A program made the position numbers and the translations under genes. This document shows, one piece after another, positions 11,601-22,298 of a stretch of 64,000 nucleotides of DNA (positions are counted from its first letter, which is position 1; every line of letters begins with the position of its first letter). The notes beneath the pieces were generated by a model. That model did not search any database and was not told where the DNA came from. It saw nothing but the letters and a program-made list of their open reading frames with translations. Location of the stretch: IMG/VR virus record IMGVR_UViG_3300050343_000190, positions 22,212-86,211 of that record; one strand, 5' to 3'. The stretch comes from a virus.

Positions 11601-13765
11601 GAAGTCCTGCTATTGGTAATAGCGAAACTTACTCTTGTAGTGATGTTCAAGCATCTATCGATACACTTGTAAGCATTTCTACAGAAGCATTTGGTGTTGC
11701 TAACTTAAATGTTGTTAATGGTCTTACTATTAACTATGGTAACTTCCCTGCTGGTGAGTTTAAGTGTAGAAGAGATATTGCATATGTTGTTGATTCTATC
11801 ATAGATGATTTAAGAACAGATGGCAATAAGAACATTAGAGAGACAACTAGAAAGTACTTTGATGCTACTGGGGCACCTATTAGTGGTGGATTGATTGGAG
11901 AAGAATCTGAATCTGTAACAGGATTTACATCTATTGGAGAATATGCAAAACTTGCTATCAACAATCTCCTCAATTACAAAGATTACACAATTACCGCAGA
12001 TCCAGCTGTAGGAATTAATTCCTCTCCTTCTGGTTGTGCCGACATTCGTGCTTCTATTGATAGTCTTGTCGGTATCATAACCACTCATGTTGGTGCAGGA
12101 AATCTAAACAACTTCCCAACACTTTCTATCGCAAGTTCTATTACAGTTAATACTGGTATTTCAACATTAGATCATACTTACGTTGGTGGTGGTAGTGCTT
12201 TCGTTGGAATCACAACAACCGTATTCCCAGATGGAACATTTGGAAATATCTTTAACGTTGATACGATCGTTGGACCCACAACGTTTACTACAAACTTTGG
12301 ACCTAGTGATATTTCTCACACATATGCTACAAATACTGGTAACATCCTGAAGTTCCAACCATTTACTAAGAACTCTGGTTATGCTGGCGGACAAATCAAA
12401 GATGAGTCTATTCAATATGATCCTAGAGTTAATAGTAACACAAGCCCTGCTGGATGTAAGAACGTTCAGAGTGCTATCGATACTGTTATTGGTATTGTTA
12501 CCTCTATTGTTGGTGGTGGAATTACTGCAATTCAAGGTCCTGTAAATCCAACTGGTATTACCACAAGATTTGAAGGATTTGATGGTGTAGGTTACAACCC
12601 AGCAGAAGGTGAGGATGCCGATCTAAACTTTAGTCCTGGATGTGGACAGATCTTCAAAGGTCCATATGTAAGAAACTGTACAAACTTTATCTTTGATAGC
12701 ATCGGTCTGAAGATCGATGGATTTGCTGCAGAACCTGGAGATGAGGATGAAATTGGTGTTCAGGGTTCCATGTCGGTTGACTCTTACACGCAGTACAACC
12801 AGAGAGGAATTGGTGTATCGATTACAAACGGATCTTATGCTCAGTTGGTGTCTATCTTCACAATTTGCTGCGACGAAGCAATCGTAACATCAAGTGGTGG
12901 TCAGTGTGACTTGACTAACTCTAACTCTTCCTTCGGAAGAATTGGTCTTATCTCTAATGGAATTAGTGATGCTACAACTAAGTCTATCTACAGACAGACA
13001 GGAAAGGTTGTTAATGCTGCATCCGCTAATGATATTACATTAGAAGTAAGTGGTCTTGGAACACAAAGACCTTATGATGGTCAGGTGTATTATATCGATC
13101 AACTTTACTATTCATTAGCAGAAATTTCAATCACTAATGGTGGATCTGGATATAACATTCCAAACGATGCAATCGTTACAATTGAGTCTCCAACAGGACC
13201 AAATGGAATTTCTGCACAGGCAATTCCTACAGTTGAAAATGGAGCAGTAACAGCAGTTACTCTTATTAACACTGGTACTCAATATGAGACAAGAACACCA
13301 AATGTAAGCATTGCAGCGCCTCCTGGAGGTGGTACACAAGCAACTGCGGAAGTAAGTAAGAGTGATCCTTTATATTATAAAGTTGGTGCTGCAACCTTCC
13401 CAAGAGCAGGTATTTCAACTATCACTGCTGTTGCTGGGTTAAATAATGATGTAGGTGCTGGAGCTACTGTTTATCTAAGTCGCCAGAGTTTACAAATTAC
13501 ATCTTCTCACTCGTTTGAATATGTTGGTGCAGGTAATGATATCTTCACCGCAAGGCCTGGTGTTGGTGGTGTAACCATCCAAGAAAACGAGGTTGTTAAA
13601 GAAGAAGGTGGTGAAGTTATTTTCACATCTACTGACCAGGCAGGTAACTTTAGAATTGGTGATGGTGTTACCATCAACCAAGCAACTGGAACGATTACAG
13701 GTAGAACATACCTTAAATCTCTATTCAACAACGTAACACCATTCATTCTAGCACTAGGAGATTAA
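8687..13765 (+). CDS. Giant tailspike/fibre-like virion protein (1692 aa) with split beta-helix and helical phycobiliprotein-like inserts
   Basis: N-terminus QIRLKRSTVAGKIPTTSQLALGEIA resembles the T4 long tail fibre gp37 N-terminus; GNDDNTG...TIKKA...VYPGVYVE beta-helix start; beta-helix resumes at GPYVRNCTNF; ITNGGSGY motif; see findings. Confidence 0.8.
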   Translation: MSDPQIRLKRSTVAGKIPTTSQLALGEIAAVNAFDGEIFLKQDTAGVGIATRVIRVGAGGSLGKTIFVCKEGNDDNTGLNEKDAKLTIKKAAAEIAEIFDTVKVYPGVYVENNPILLDKNVSVEGLELRNCIVSPGNADKDLFHVNDGCHLTDLGFTGSMDAGSAAVAFRPLESVASDRYFDAARLIRVNSDFIAREAVGFLTSGYSGYAGGHLEQDGANALEANLDYIAQEAVGYITSTDYKNPAFVVTDVGGAADDPQNCRDDIKDILKSVAYDLKSTGNLQSVGAALSYFTGGALAHVTGTDTNGYSIADATVAAIDRAAGISTYVINQRPWASVGAGGTTNVTGFTYDKLTGIATVTSVGHGVTTGDIVELEGIEFTCPGGSGVTTSIFPDGSNGEYFTVTEYVGVNTFKTNVGISSISHAYDTGGTVEKYVNYSTNKTQAIDPTRRNKRILYDNSNNKIVVGTGWCTGVGNSISYLTGITSSAIGAGSSSGVVGIITGINLDTFRCSRDVRDILKAVCYDITRGGSTKVVAAGKTYFDESLAQIGISSFAAATLSKSPFDEVTQTIRAVDYAQDIIRCVINNTTWGGVSIGYTTPISDIDWDTNTGLATVTTRFNHDLSKDDGIEVTGLGFTCLPGSPGDETTILTATYDSVTGITTFETSTNHELKSGNGIIVTSTTGSDFNNLIVDDSMSSTTFTARVGNGLAASAGLTGTIKVQRYYTPEVGINSAVYDRITGFTTIGFTDSGSSSSDNDPAYIDNDGKVRLENLVFQCDSGGGLSTQYFPSGALGFDFPVEKVGGDRYQDSANLIAGNKLEITDKALANIAILHPDFFYPGDNQITTTSRYKDAYRLIQQNKGEIVGAAYTNAQVTYPSIDSTKFRRNLNYLVDAVSTDIFTGGNNYTVSVTNKYFDNGGSLIGEGDDSIAGVTEETIIAFNEAKSLMKQAIANQLSTKDTTVSGGSSYFGDGSPAIGNSETYSCSDVQASIDTLVSISTEAFGVANLNVVNGLTINYGNFPAGEFKCRRDIAYVVDSIIDDLRTDGNKNIRETTRKYFDATGAPISGGLIGEESESVTGFTSIGEYAKLAINNLLNYKDYTITADPAVGINSSPSGCADIRASIDSLVGIITTHVGAGNLNNFPTLSIASSITVNTGISTLDHTYVGGGSAFVGITTTVFPDGTFGNIFNVDTIVGPTTFTTNFGPSDISHTYATNTGNILKFQPFTKNSGYAGGQIKDESIQYDPRVNSNTSPAGCKNVQSAIDTVIGIVTSIVGGGITAIQGPVNPTGITTRFEGFDGVGYNPAEGEDADLNFSPGCGQIFKGPYVRNCTNFIFDSIGLKIDGFAAEPGDEDEIGVQGSMSVDSYTQYNQRGIGVSITNGSYAQLVSIFTICCDEAIVTSSGGQCDLTNSNSSFGRIGLISNGISDATTKSIYRQTGKVVNAASANDITLEVSGLGTQRPYDGQVYYIDQLYYSLAEISITNGGSGYNIPNDAIVTIESPTGPNGISAQAIPTVENGAVTAVTLINTGTQYETRTPNVSIAAPPGGGTQATAEVSKSDPLYYKVGAATFPRAGISTITAVAGLNNDVGAGATVYLSRQSLQITSSHSFEYVGAGNDIFTARPGVGGVTIQENEVVKEEGGEVIFTSTDQAGNFRIGDGVTINQATGTITGRTYLKSLFNNVTPFILALGD

Positions 13766-13769
13766 TTAA

Positions 13770-14115
13770 ATGGGCTGCTCAAATTGCGATTAATAATTTT
13801 AGAACAATTACTAATACGCCCACAGTATCAGATGTTCAAATTTACACAGCACCAACAGGATATACCTCAGTATTCCTATTGGCTCAAGCAATCAATACTG
13901 GAACAGTAACTAGAAGAATTACTTTTAGTTACTATGATAGTACCGACACAACTACAACACCTATCGTCAATTCATTTCCTGTCCCCGCAGGAGATACGGT
14001 CAATCTTCTCCCTGGAAAATTAGTTCTAGAAACTGGAGATAAGATTGCTGTTTCTGTAGATGCAGGAACAGATATGAAATTTCTTTCATCAATCCTGGAA
14101 ACCTCTAACTTCTAA
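13770..14115 (+). CDS. Hypothetical virion-module protein (indel near start)
   Basis: IYTAPTGYTSVFL...GKLVLETGDKI...SILET pattern; ORF track captures 13879-14115. Confidence 0.55.
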
Positions 14116-14123
14116 TTTATAAA

Positions 14124-16316
14124 ATGGCTTAATTACGGTAAATTCCTATCTGGAAGAGAAAGATCTTTTGGAATCGGCATCACTGATTACAGTGAGAATA
14201 GTAGAGTATTGGACGTTATTGGTAACGTTTCAATTGGTGGTAGTATCGGCATCGGATCAGATCATGGTACAGATAGAAACAATGATACTCCCACTGCTGA
14301 TGTAGATACTGGAAACATCAGGATTCATAAAGAATTATTTTCTTATGATGGAACGATGGGTGATAACAATACCATCTTAACATCTTTAGGTGGAACTTCT
14401 GTAACTTGGAAAACTCTTGAAGGTATTCAAGATCTTGGTATCACTATCAGAGATGAAGGTGTTCAGGTAGGTTCTAGTAATAGTATACGAGATATAAATT
14501 TTGTTGGTAATTTAATAAGCGCAGTTGCTTCTGGTGCTGCTGCTACTATTACGGTTACTGATGTTGCTCCTGGTGGTTCTGATGGACAAATTCAATATAA
14601 TGATGGAGGAATATTTGGTGGATCTGCAGATCTTATTTTCAATGATTCTACAGGTAGAATAGGAATCGCTTCTGCTACTCCTGATCGTAAGTTAAGCGTT
14701 GTTGGTGATGTTGGTGTTGCTGGATCTGGATTCTTTAATAGAGCATATGCTAGTGTAGATACACTAACACCCCTGTTAGACCAGGAACTTGCCACAAAAG
14801 CCTATGTGGACAACTTTGCAACTGCTGGTCTTGTGGTTCAGAAAGCTGTATCTGTAGCAACGACAGAAGCACTTGTAGCATATTATGATAACGTAGATAC
14901 ATCACCTAATGGTGTCGGTGGTATCTTATTTGCACAAGTAAATCAAAATATTACTACAGCAGGTGTTGGTGGAACGGGTCTTATTGATAGATTCTTAGAT
15001 TTAACAGTTTCTGATCGTGTTCTTGTAAAAGATCAAGGTAAACTTGGAGTAGGAAATACATTTGAAAATGGATATTATACCGTTACTAGAGTAGGAAGTG
15101 GATCAACATCATGGCAGTTAACTCGTTCTGTTGACTTTGACCAACAAAGTGAAATTGCATCAGGTGCGTTCTCGTTCGTTCTGAACGGTGAGGAGAATGC
15201 TGGTGGTGGTTTCGTGTTGATCACTAAAGAACCAGTTTCTATTGGTGTTAGCGCACTGGAATTTACCCAGTTCTCTAGTCCTGGTGAACTACAGGCTGGT
15301 AAAGGTTTGTTGAAAACTGGTAACAGATTTGATGTTATAACTTTAGATGCTAGTGCGATTGTTGTTAATGATGATGATATTAATCTCGCTCAGGTAACAA
15401 CAACTTATGATGATAGAACTGATAGAGATGATAGATTTATTACTGATGTACAAATTGATGAATACGGTAGAGTAACTGGTATCGTTACTACAAATACGGT
15501 TTCTCTAGCATCTTCAACTCCAACTACTTATGGTGTTGCTTCTTTCTTCGGAGAGCATTTTGAGATAGATTTCAACTCCACTTCAGGTCATGTTGGTCTT
15601 GCAAGTAACTTCACTGGTCCAGTTATGGCCATTGATGGGACGGCGCTAATCAGGTTGCAGTTACTAGAAATGAAGGAAGAGTTATCGTTGGTCTCCCAGC
15701 AGCTATAACTGTTTCTGGTAATGTAACTAGTACTAGTGGACAATTTATAGGAGATGGTTCTCAATTAACAGGAATTATTTCTGGTGTTGAAGTTCAAAAA
15801 GATGATGTACAATCAGTTGCAGCAGCAACAGTACTAAATTTTGAAGGAACTGCAATTACTAGTATCGTTTCTGAATCTGCTGGATCTAAAGCAACTGTTA
15901 CTATTGATGCTGTAGATATTAATGCTATTGGTTCTGCAAACCAAGTGTTATTTAAGAATGGTTCTAACGTTGCAACAACATCGGCAAACTTACAATTTAA
16001 TGGAACTAACTTAACTTGTGCTGGTACAGTTACTGCAAACTCTGACGAAAGACTTAAGAAGAATATTGAAACTATCAGTGATGCACTTCCTAAAGTAACA
16101 AGTCTACGTGGTGTTGAATATGATCATAAAAACACTGGAGACCATTGCTTAGGTTTGATTGCACAAGAAGTTGAGAAGATTGTGCCAGATGTTGTCTACG
16201 AAGACGTTGAGGGTATTAAGTCTATTGCATATCAAAATATGGTTGCTCTTTTGGTTGAAGCCGTTAAAGATCAGCAGAAACAGATTGACGAACTAAAGTC
16301 TCTACTAAATAACTAA
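14124..16316 (+). CDS. Tail fibre protein with C-terminal intramolecular chaperone (peptidase S74) domain, frameshifted
   Basis: ATKAYVD and DRVLVKDQ...ENGYY..T...LTRS.DFD head/fibre motifs; C-terminal SDERLKKNI...LRGVEY...GLIAQEVE...LLVEAVKDQQKQIDEL; indels near 14130 and 15650-15700. Confidence 0.85.
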
Positions 16317-16333
16317 AAAGAGTCTTTTCAATA

Positions 16334-16936
16334 ATGTCTAATATTGATGAAGCAACAAGAATACCTTCAAAGGTCGGCAACCTTATGATGGTTGTTGTGA
16401 CTTGGAAAGGAAGAACATATGTTTTAAAAATGTTCTTCCCTCAAGCAAAACTTCCTTCAAGAAAAGAAGTTGAAGCACAAATGCAAGGAATTTATCCTGG
16501 ATCTAAAGTAAAATATACATCTGTTTCTGAGAAAGAACCTGGTGAAACCTTCTTATATGCAGAAGAGATTGAGATTGAAGAGAAAGCAAAGGATTGTTGG
16601 GACACCCACAAGAAAGTGGGTATGAAAATGAAAGGTGGTAAATTAGTAAATGATTGCCGTCCAAAGAATGAAGAAACGGAAGTTTCGGAAGGTGCTGCAT
16701 GGACTAAGAAGTCTGGTAAAAATAAAGAAGGTGGTCTCAATGAAAAAGGACGTAAGTCTTATGAAGCAGAAAATCCTGGTAGTGATCTGAAAGCACCATC
16801 TAAAAAGAAAGGTAATAAAAGAAGAGCATCATTCTGTGCAAGAATGAAAGGTATGAAGAAGAAATTAACCTCTGCTAAAACTGCTAGAGATCCCGATAGC
16901 AGAATTAATAAAAGTTTGAGAGCTTGGAATTGTTGA
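16334..16936 (+). CDS. Lys/Glu-rich modular hypothetical protein (possible internal head protein)
   Basis: 200 aa; EGAAWTKKSGKNKEGGLNEKGRKSY...RRASFCARM...SLRAWNC module conserved in cyanomyophages; late-promoter core upstream. Confidence 0.7.
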   Translation: MSNIDEATRIPSKVGNLMMVVVTWKGRTYVLKMFFPQAKLPSRKEVEAQMQGIYPGSKVKYTSVSEKEPGETFLYAEEIEIEEKAKDCWDTHKKVGMKMKGGKLVNDCRPKNEETEVSEGAAWTKKSGKNKEGGLNEKGRKSYEAENPGSDLKAPSKKKGNKRRASFCARMKGMKKKLTSAKTARDPDSRINKSLRAWNC

Positions 16937-16943
16937 TTGATTT

Positions 16944-18596
16944 ATGAGTGAAATTTATCTTGGTAATCCAAATCTAAAAAAAGCAAATACTAAAATAGAA
17001 TTTACAGAGGAACAAATTCTTGAGTTCCTCAAATGTAAAGAAGATCCAGTATATTTTGCTAAAAATTATGTGCAAATTGTCTCTCTTGATAAGGGTCTAG
17101 TTCCTTTTGAGATGTATCCATTTCAGGAAAAACTGGTAAACAATTTTCATGAAAACAGATTCAATATTTGTAAGATGCCTCGTCAGACTGGTAAGTCTAC
17201 GACTGTGGTATCTTATCTTCTTCACTACGCAGTCTTTAACGATAGTGTTAATATTGGTATCCTTGCTAACAAGGCAGCAACCGCCAGGGAACTGTTAGGT
17301 AGATTACAAACTGCATATGAAAACCTGCCCAAGTGGATGCAACAGGGTATAATAGCATGGAATAAAGGATCTTTGGAGTTAGAAAATGGGAGTAAAATAC
17401 TGGCAGCTCTTCTACGTCTGCAAGTGCTGTCCGAGGTATGTCTTTTAACATCCTCTTTCTCGATGAGTTCGCATTTGTCCCAAATCACATTGCTGACTCG
17501 TTCTTTGCCTCTGTTTATCCTACTATTACTTCTGGTAAAAGTACCAAAGTAATTATCGTGTCTACACCACATGGTATGAATCATTTCTACCGAATGTGGC
17601 ATGATGCAGAAAGAAGTAAAAATGATTACATTCCCACAGACGTTCATTGGTCGGAAGTTCCTGGACGTGATGCAAAGTGGAAACAACAAACTATTGCTAA
17701 CACATCAGAGCAGCAGTTCAAGGTTGAGTTTGAATGTGAGTTTTTAGGATCTATCGATACATTGATAGCTCCGAGTAAATTGCGATCAATGGCTTTATGA
17801 TACTCCTCTAAGGCAAAGTGCAGGATTGGATATTTACGAACTACCAAAAGAAGGGCATGATTATATTGTTACAGTAGACGTTGCTAGAGGTGTTAGTGAA
17901 GATTACTCAGCATTTGTGGTTGTAGATATTACAGAGTTTCCCCATAAGATAGTTTCAAAATATAAGAATAATACAATCAAACCTATGTTGTTTCCAAATA
18001 TAATATGGGAAATAGCAAGAAATTATAATCAAGCATATATTTTATGTGAGGTAAATGATATTGGCGATCAAGTAGCATCATTACTTCACTATGATCTTGA
18101 GTATCAAAACGTTCTTATGTGTTCAATGAGAGGACGTGCTGGACAAATTGTTGGTCAAGGATTCAGTGGAAAGAAGACTCAATTGGGAGTCAAAATGTCT
18201 AAGACTGTTAAGAAAGTAGGGTCTCTCAATCTTAAAGCATTAATCGAAGAGGATAAATTAATATTTAATGACTATGATATCATATCAGAATTAACTACAT
18301 TTATTTCAAAGCACAATTCTTTTGAAGCAGAAGAGGGTTGTAATGATGACCTTGCGATGTGTCTTGTGATTTATGCATGGTTGGTTCTTCAAGATTACTT
18401 TAAAGAACTAACCGATCAAGATGTTAGAAAGAGAATTTATGAAGAACAGAAAAATCAAATAGAACAGGATATGGCTCCTTTTGGATTTATTGATGATGGA
18501 TTAGATAACTCCACTTTTATAGATGCTGAAGGAGATAGATGGTCTAATGCGACTAGTGAATATGGTGATATGTCGTATATGTGGGATTATCAGTGA
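16944..18596 (+). CDS. gp17: Terminase large subunit, frameshifted
   Basis: YLGNPNLK start, Walker A PRQTGKST, LDEFAF Walker B, STPHG, nuclease DVARG and DDLAM motifs across ORFs 16944, 17438, 17826. Confidence 0.97.
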
Positions 18597-18838
18597 TTAG
18601 ATTGTTAAAATTATTGAGTAATGTAGTTGATCCTAATTGGTGGGCGGAAGTAGTTGGTAAAAAATTTGGTTTATATGATTGGGCTAGCAAACCAAATAAA
18701 TTTAAAGAATGGAAATTAAAACAACCATTATGGAAACAACTTTTCATTGAAGTCTTGATGCTTACGCTTTTAGCGTTAGCATTTGAACCAGTATTAAATA
18801 TGTTAGGATATTCGATGCTCCCTTGGAGATGGTTCTAA
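18581..18838 (+). CDS. Small predicted membrane protein
   Basis: 85-aa ORF with hydrophobic segment LFIEVLMLTLLALAFEPVLNMLG. Confidence 0.5.
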   Translation: MGLSVIRLLKLLSNVVDPNWWAEVVGKKFGLYDWASKPNKFKEWKLKQPLWKQLFIEVLMLTLLALAFEPVLNMLGYSMLPWRWF

Positions 18839-19068
18839 TGGATTTAGATAGTCAAATAAAACTTGGTCATCTTTTATTAACAGACAGAAAGTGTAGAATT
18901 TGCGATAAGACTAAGAATCTAATAGAAGACTTTTATAGAACAAGAAAGGACAGAGGAGCAGTTCCATCCTCATGGTCATATGAATGTAAAGACTGTACTA
19001 TAAAGAGAATTGTTGAAAGTAGAAAAAAACAAACGCCATTTGTTGATTGGTTATATCCAGACTGGTAG
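18838..19068 (+). CDS. Conserved cyanophage CxxC...CxxC protein upstream of sheath
   Basis: RKCRIC...KNLIEDFYRTRK...SYECKDC...YPDW. Confidence 0.7.
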   Translation: MDLDSQIKLGHLLLTDRKCRICDKTKNLIEDFYRTRKDRGAVPSSWSYECKDCTIKRIVESRKKQTPFVDWLYPDW

Positions 19069-19147
19069 TTCACGCGGCATTTCCCCACTGAAAATGCAAC
19101 TTTTAATAAATATTTCAAGTTAACTGAAACCCTTACAGGAGAAAAAC

Positions 19148-21608
19148 ATGGCGACTCCTCAATTATCTCCTGGTGTATTAACCAGGGAAGTGGACCTAAC
19201 GGTAGGAAGAGCTGAGAATGTTTTAGATAATATTGGCGCTATCGCAGGACCCTTCCCTATTGGTCCCGTGGAAGATCCAACTGATGTGGCCACCGAGCAA
19301 GAACTCATCACAGAGTTCGGCAAACCAAGTAATAATAACAACCAGTATGAGTACTGGCTTGCAGCATCATCTTTCCTTTCATACGGCGGCGTACTGAAAG
19401 TTGTAAGAACTGATGGCGATAACCTGAAGAACGCATACCGAGGATTTGGTGCTTCAGGTTCTGCACCAAAAGTAAAAAATTACGAAGACTATCAAGATAA
19501 CCAGTCTGCAGATTCTGTAGATTGGGCATTCGCTGCCAAGAACCCAGGAGAATGGGCAAATGGTATTAAAGTCTGCGTTATCGACGATTTAGCAGACCAA
19601 AGACTAACTGTTAATAATGCTAACCTAGATGGTTTTAGCGTTGGAACAGGTATTACTTACACCCTATCAGGTGTAACAGTTCCAAATGCTTCTAATGGTA
19701 CTACCTCTACATTTGATGGTTTCTTAAAAGGTATCATTACAGGTAAAGATGAATCAAATAAAACCATTGATGTAAAAATTACATCAAGAGTTTCCGTTGG
19801 TTCTACAGCAAGCGTAGTTGCAAGATCTCAGACAACAGTTGGTATTCATACTGTTGCAGATTCAGTTATTACTGTTGGATCTACTGCTGGTATATCTACA
19901 TCTTCTGCTCTCACCGCAGAATTTGGAGATGGAACAGGATTCTTTAGTGTAGTCAGTGTTCTTTCTGGTAACAGAGTAACATTGGGAAGCACAATTGGTA
20001 GTAGTGTTGCTGCAGGCGTTGCAGTTACATTCTCTAATCTGATTTCTAATGCAGGTTCGATCACTGCTATTAACTATGCAGAAGGAGTAACAGGATCTGC
20101 ATTCCCATCTAGTGGAGTAATTTACTCACATTCAAGTGATGGTACATCGTCCGTTCCTTTCAGCATCACAAATGCAGTTGATTGGTATGATCAACAGACA
20201 CTTGGATTAACAAATTCCACAGTTTTCTGGAAGAACATCGCACCAAAAGCCAGTTACAAGTAGACATTCTACTGAAAGATCTGGTAAAGGAGATGCTCTC
20301 CACATTGCTGTCTATGATGATGAAGGAAAAGTAACAGGAATTCAAGGAAATCTTCTTGAGAAGCATACTTTCCTCTCTAAGGCTACAGATACAATTTCTG
20401 CAGTCAATTCTCCCCTGAAGGTATTCTATAAGGATTATCTCGCAGATAGATCCGAATACATTTTTGCAGGAGCAAATCTCGGTGATGAGAATGATTCCTT
20501 TAACGGAACAACAATTACTGCTATTGATTTCCAAACAAATACAACAGGAACTGCTTCAGCAAATACAACTGCACAATGGTCTGGAATCTCTACAGGATCT
20601 GGTTCTTGGAACACATTAGCACAAGGAATTTCCTTTAATGCTATTGGTGCTGCAACTTATGATCTTACAGGTGGTCAAGATTATGGTGCATCACAAGGAA
20701 TGCAAGCAACTCTTAGTGATGTAATTTCTGGATATTCTTTACTAACAAATAAAGATGAAGTAGAGGTTGACTTTGTACTTGGCGGTCCTGGACTTGCACA
20801 AGAAGATGAGTCTAGAGCAAAAGCAAACTATCTGATTTCCCTGGTTAACCAGAGAAAGGATTGCATGGCAACAATTTCTCCTCATAAAGCAAATGTTGTT
20901 GATGTTGCAAATTCTGATACTGCAACAGATAATGTTATCGCATTCTATTCGTCACTAACATCTTCATCGTATGCTGTATTCGATACTGGATACAAGTACA
21001 TGTATGATAGATTTAATGATAAGTTCCGTTATGTTCCAACCAACGGAGACGTTGGTGGTTTGATGGTAAGAACTAATCTTATCGCTTATCCATGGTTCTC
21101 CCCCGCTGGTCTTCAGAGAGGACAACTTAATAATGCAATCAAACTTGCATTTAATCCATCCAAGGCTCAAAGAGATAGACTCTATCCAAGAAGAATTAAC
21201 TCCATTGTTAATCAGTCTGGTTCAGGAATTCTGTTGTTCGGTGATAAGACCGCACTTGCTGTTTCTTCCGCATTCGATCGTATCAATGTTCGTCGTCTCT
21301 TCCTCACAGTTGAGCAAGCACTGCAAAAAGCAGCAGAGTCACAACTCTTTGAACTTAATGATCAGATCACAAGAGCAAACTTTGTTAATATCGTAGAACC
21401 TTATCTCCGCGATATTCAAGCAAAGAGAGGTATTTATGATTATCTGGTTATTTGTGATAAAACAAATAACACTCCAGATGTCATTGATAATAATGAGTTT
21501 AGAGCAGACATCTTCCTGAAGCCTGCTAAATCAATCAACTTCGTTACACTTACTTTCGTTGCTACGAGAACAGGTGTAAGTTTTGAAGAAGTTGCTGGTA
21601 GAGTTTAA
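19148..21608 (+). CDS. gp18: Tail sheath protein, frameshifted near 20250
   Basis: SPGVLTREVDLT start; PWFSPAG, GDKT, FDRINVRRLF, KPAKSINFVTLTFVATRTGVSFEE motifs. Confidence 0.97.
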
Positions 21609-21637
21609 TTTATTATAAAAAATAGGAGGAACCCCAA

Positions 21638-22267
21638 ATGTCTACTTTACGCACAATTACTGACTTCAAAACCGCCCTTCAGGGCGGCGGCGCTAGAGCT
21701 AATTTATTTGAAGTCGATATTCCAACAATTCCAGCAGTAGCAACTCAAGGTATTGATTGGGATGCAGAAAACTTCCAGTTCCTGTGTAAGGCTGCGGCAC
21801 TTCCCGCATCCAACGTTGCACCTATCGATGTTCCCTTCAGAGGTCGTACTCTGAAGGTTGCTGGAGATAGAACTATTGAAAACTGGACTGTAACCGTCAT
21901 TAACGATGAAGACTTCAAATTAGAAATGCGATGGAAGCATGGATGAATGCAATTGCCAAACTCAGTAATAACACTGGTGCGGTACAAACCCCTCTTCCTA
22001 CATGACAAGATGCTTTGTTTATCAACTTGGAAGAGGTTGCTCATCAAGGTAGATTTAGTCAAACAAATTCTGCGTACTATCGATGGAGGTTCTGGAGTTA
22101 ACTCCTTTAGAAACATATCAAATTCTTGATATTTTCCCAGTTTCTGTTTCTCAATTGATCTTTCTTACGATTCGGCAGATACGATTGAAGAGTTTACTGT
22201 AGAATTTGCAGTTCAATCTTTTGAATCTCAGGCTCTGGTGGACGCAACTGGCGTTGCTCTGAACTAA
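21638..22267 (+). CDS. gp19: Tail tube protein, frameshifted
   Basis: GGGARANLFEV, FLCKAAALPASN, PFRGRTLKVAGDRT, WTVTVINDEDF; C-terminal IDLSYD..DTIEEFTVEFAVQ in other frames. Confidence 0.95.
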
Positions 22268-22298
22268 TAAATAGAAGAGATAAAGTTCCAATATAATA

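Noticed and set aside
1-16316. Diversity-generating retroelement acting on fibre tips
   Set aside because: No reverse transcriptase and no adenine-specific TR/VR repeat pair visible in the window
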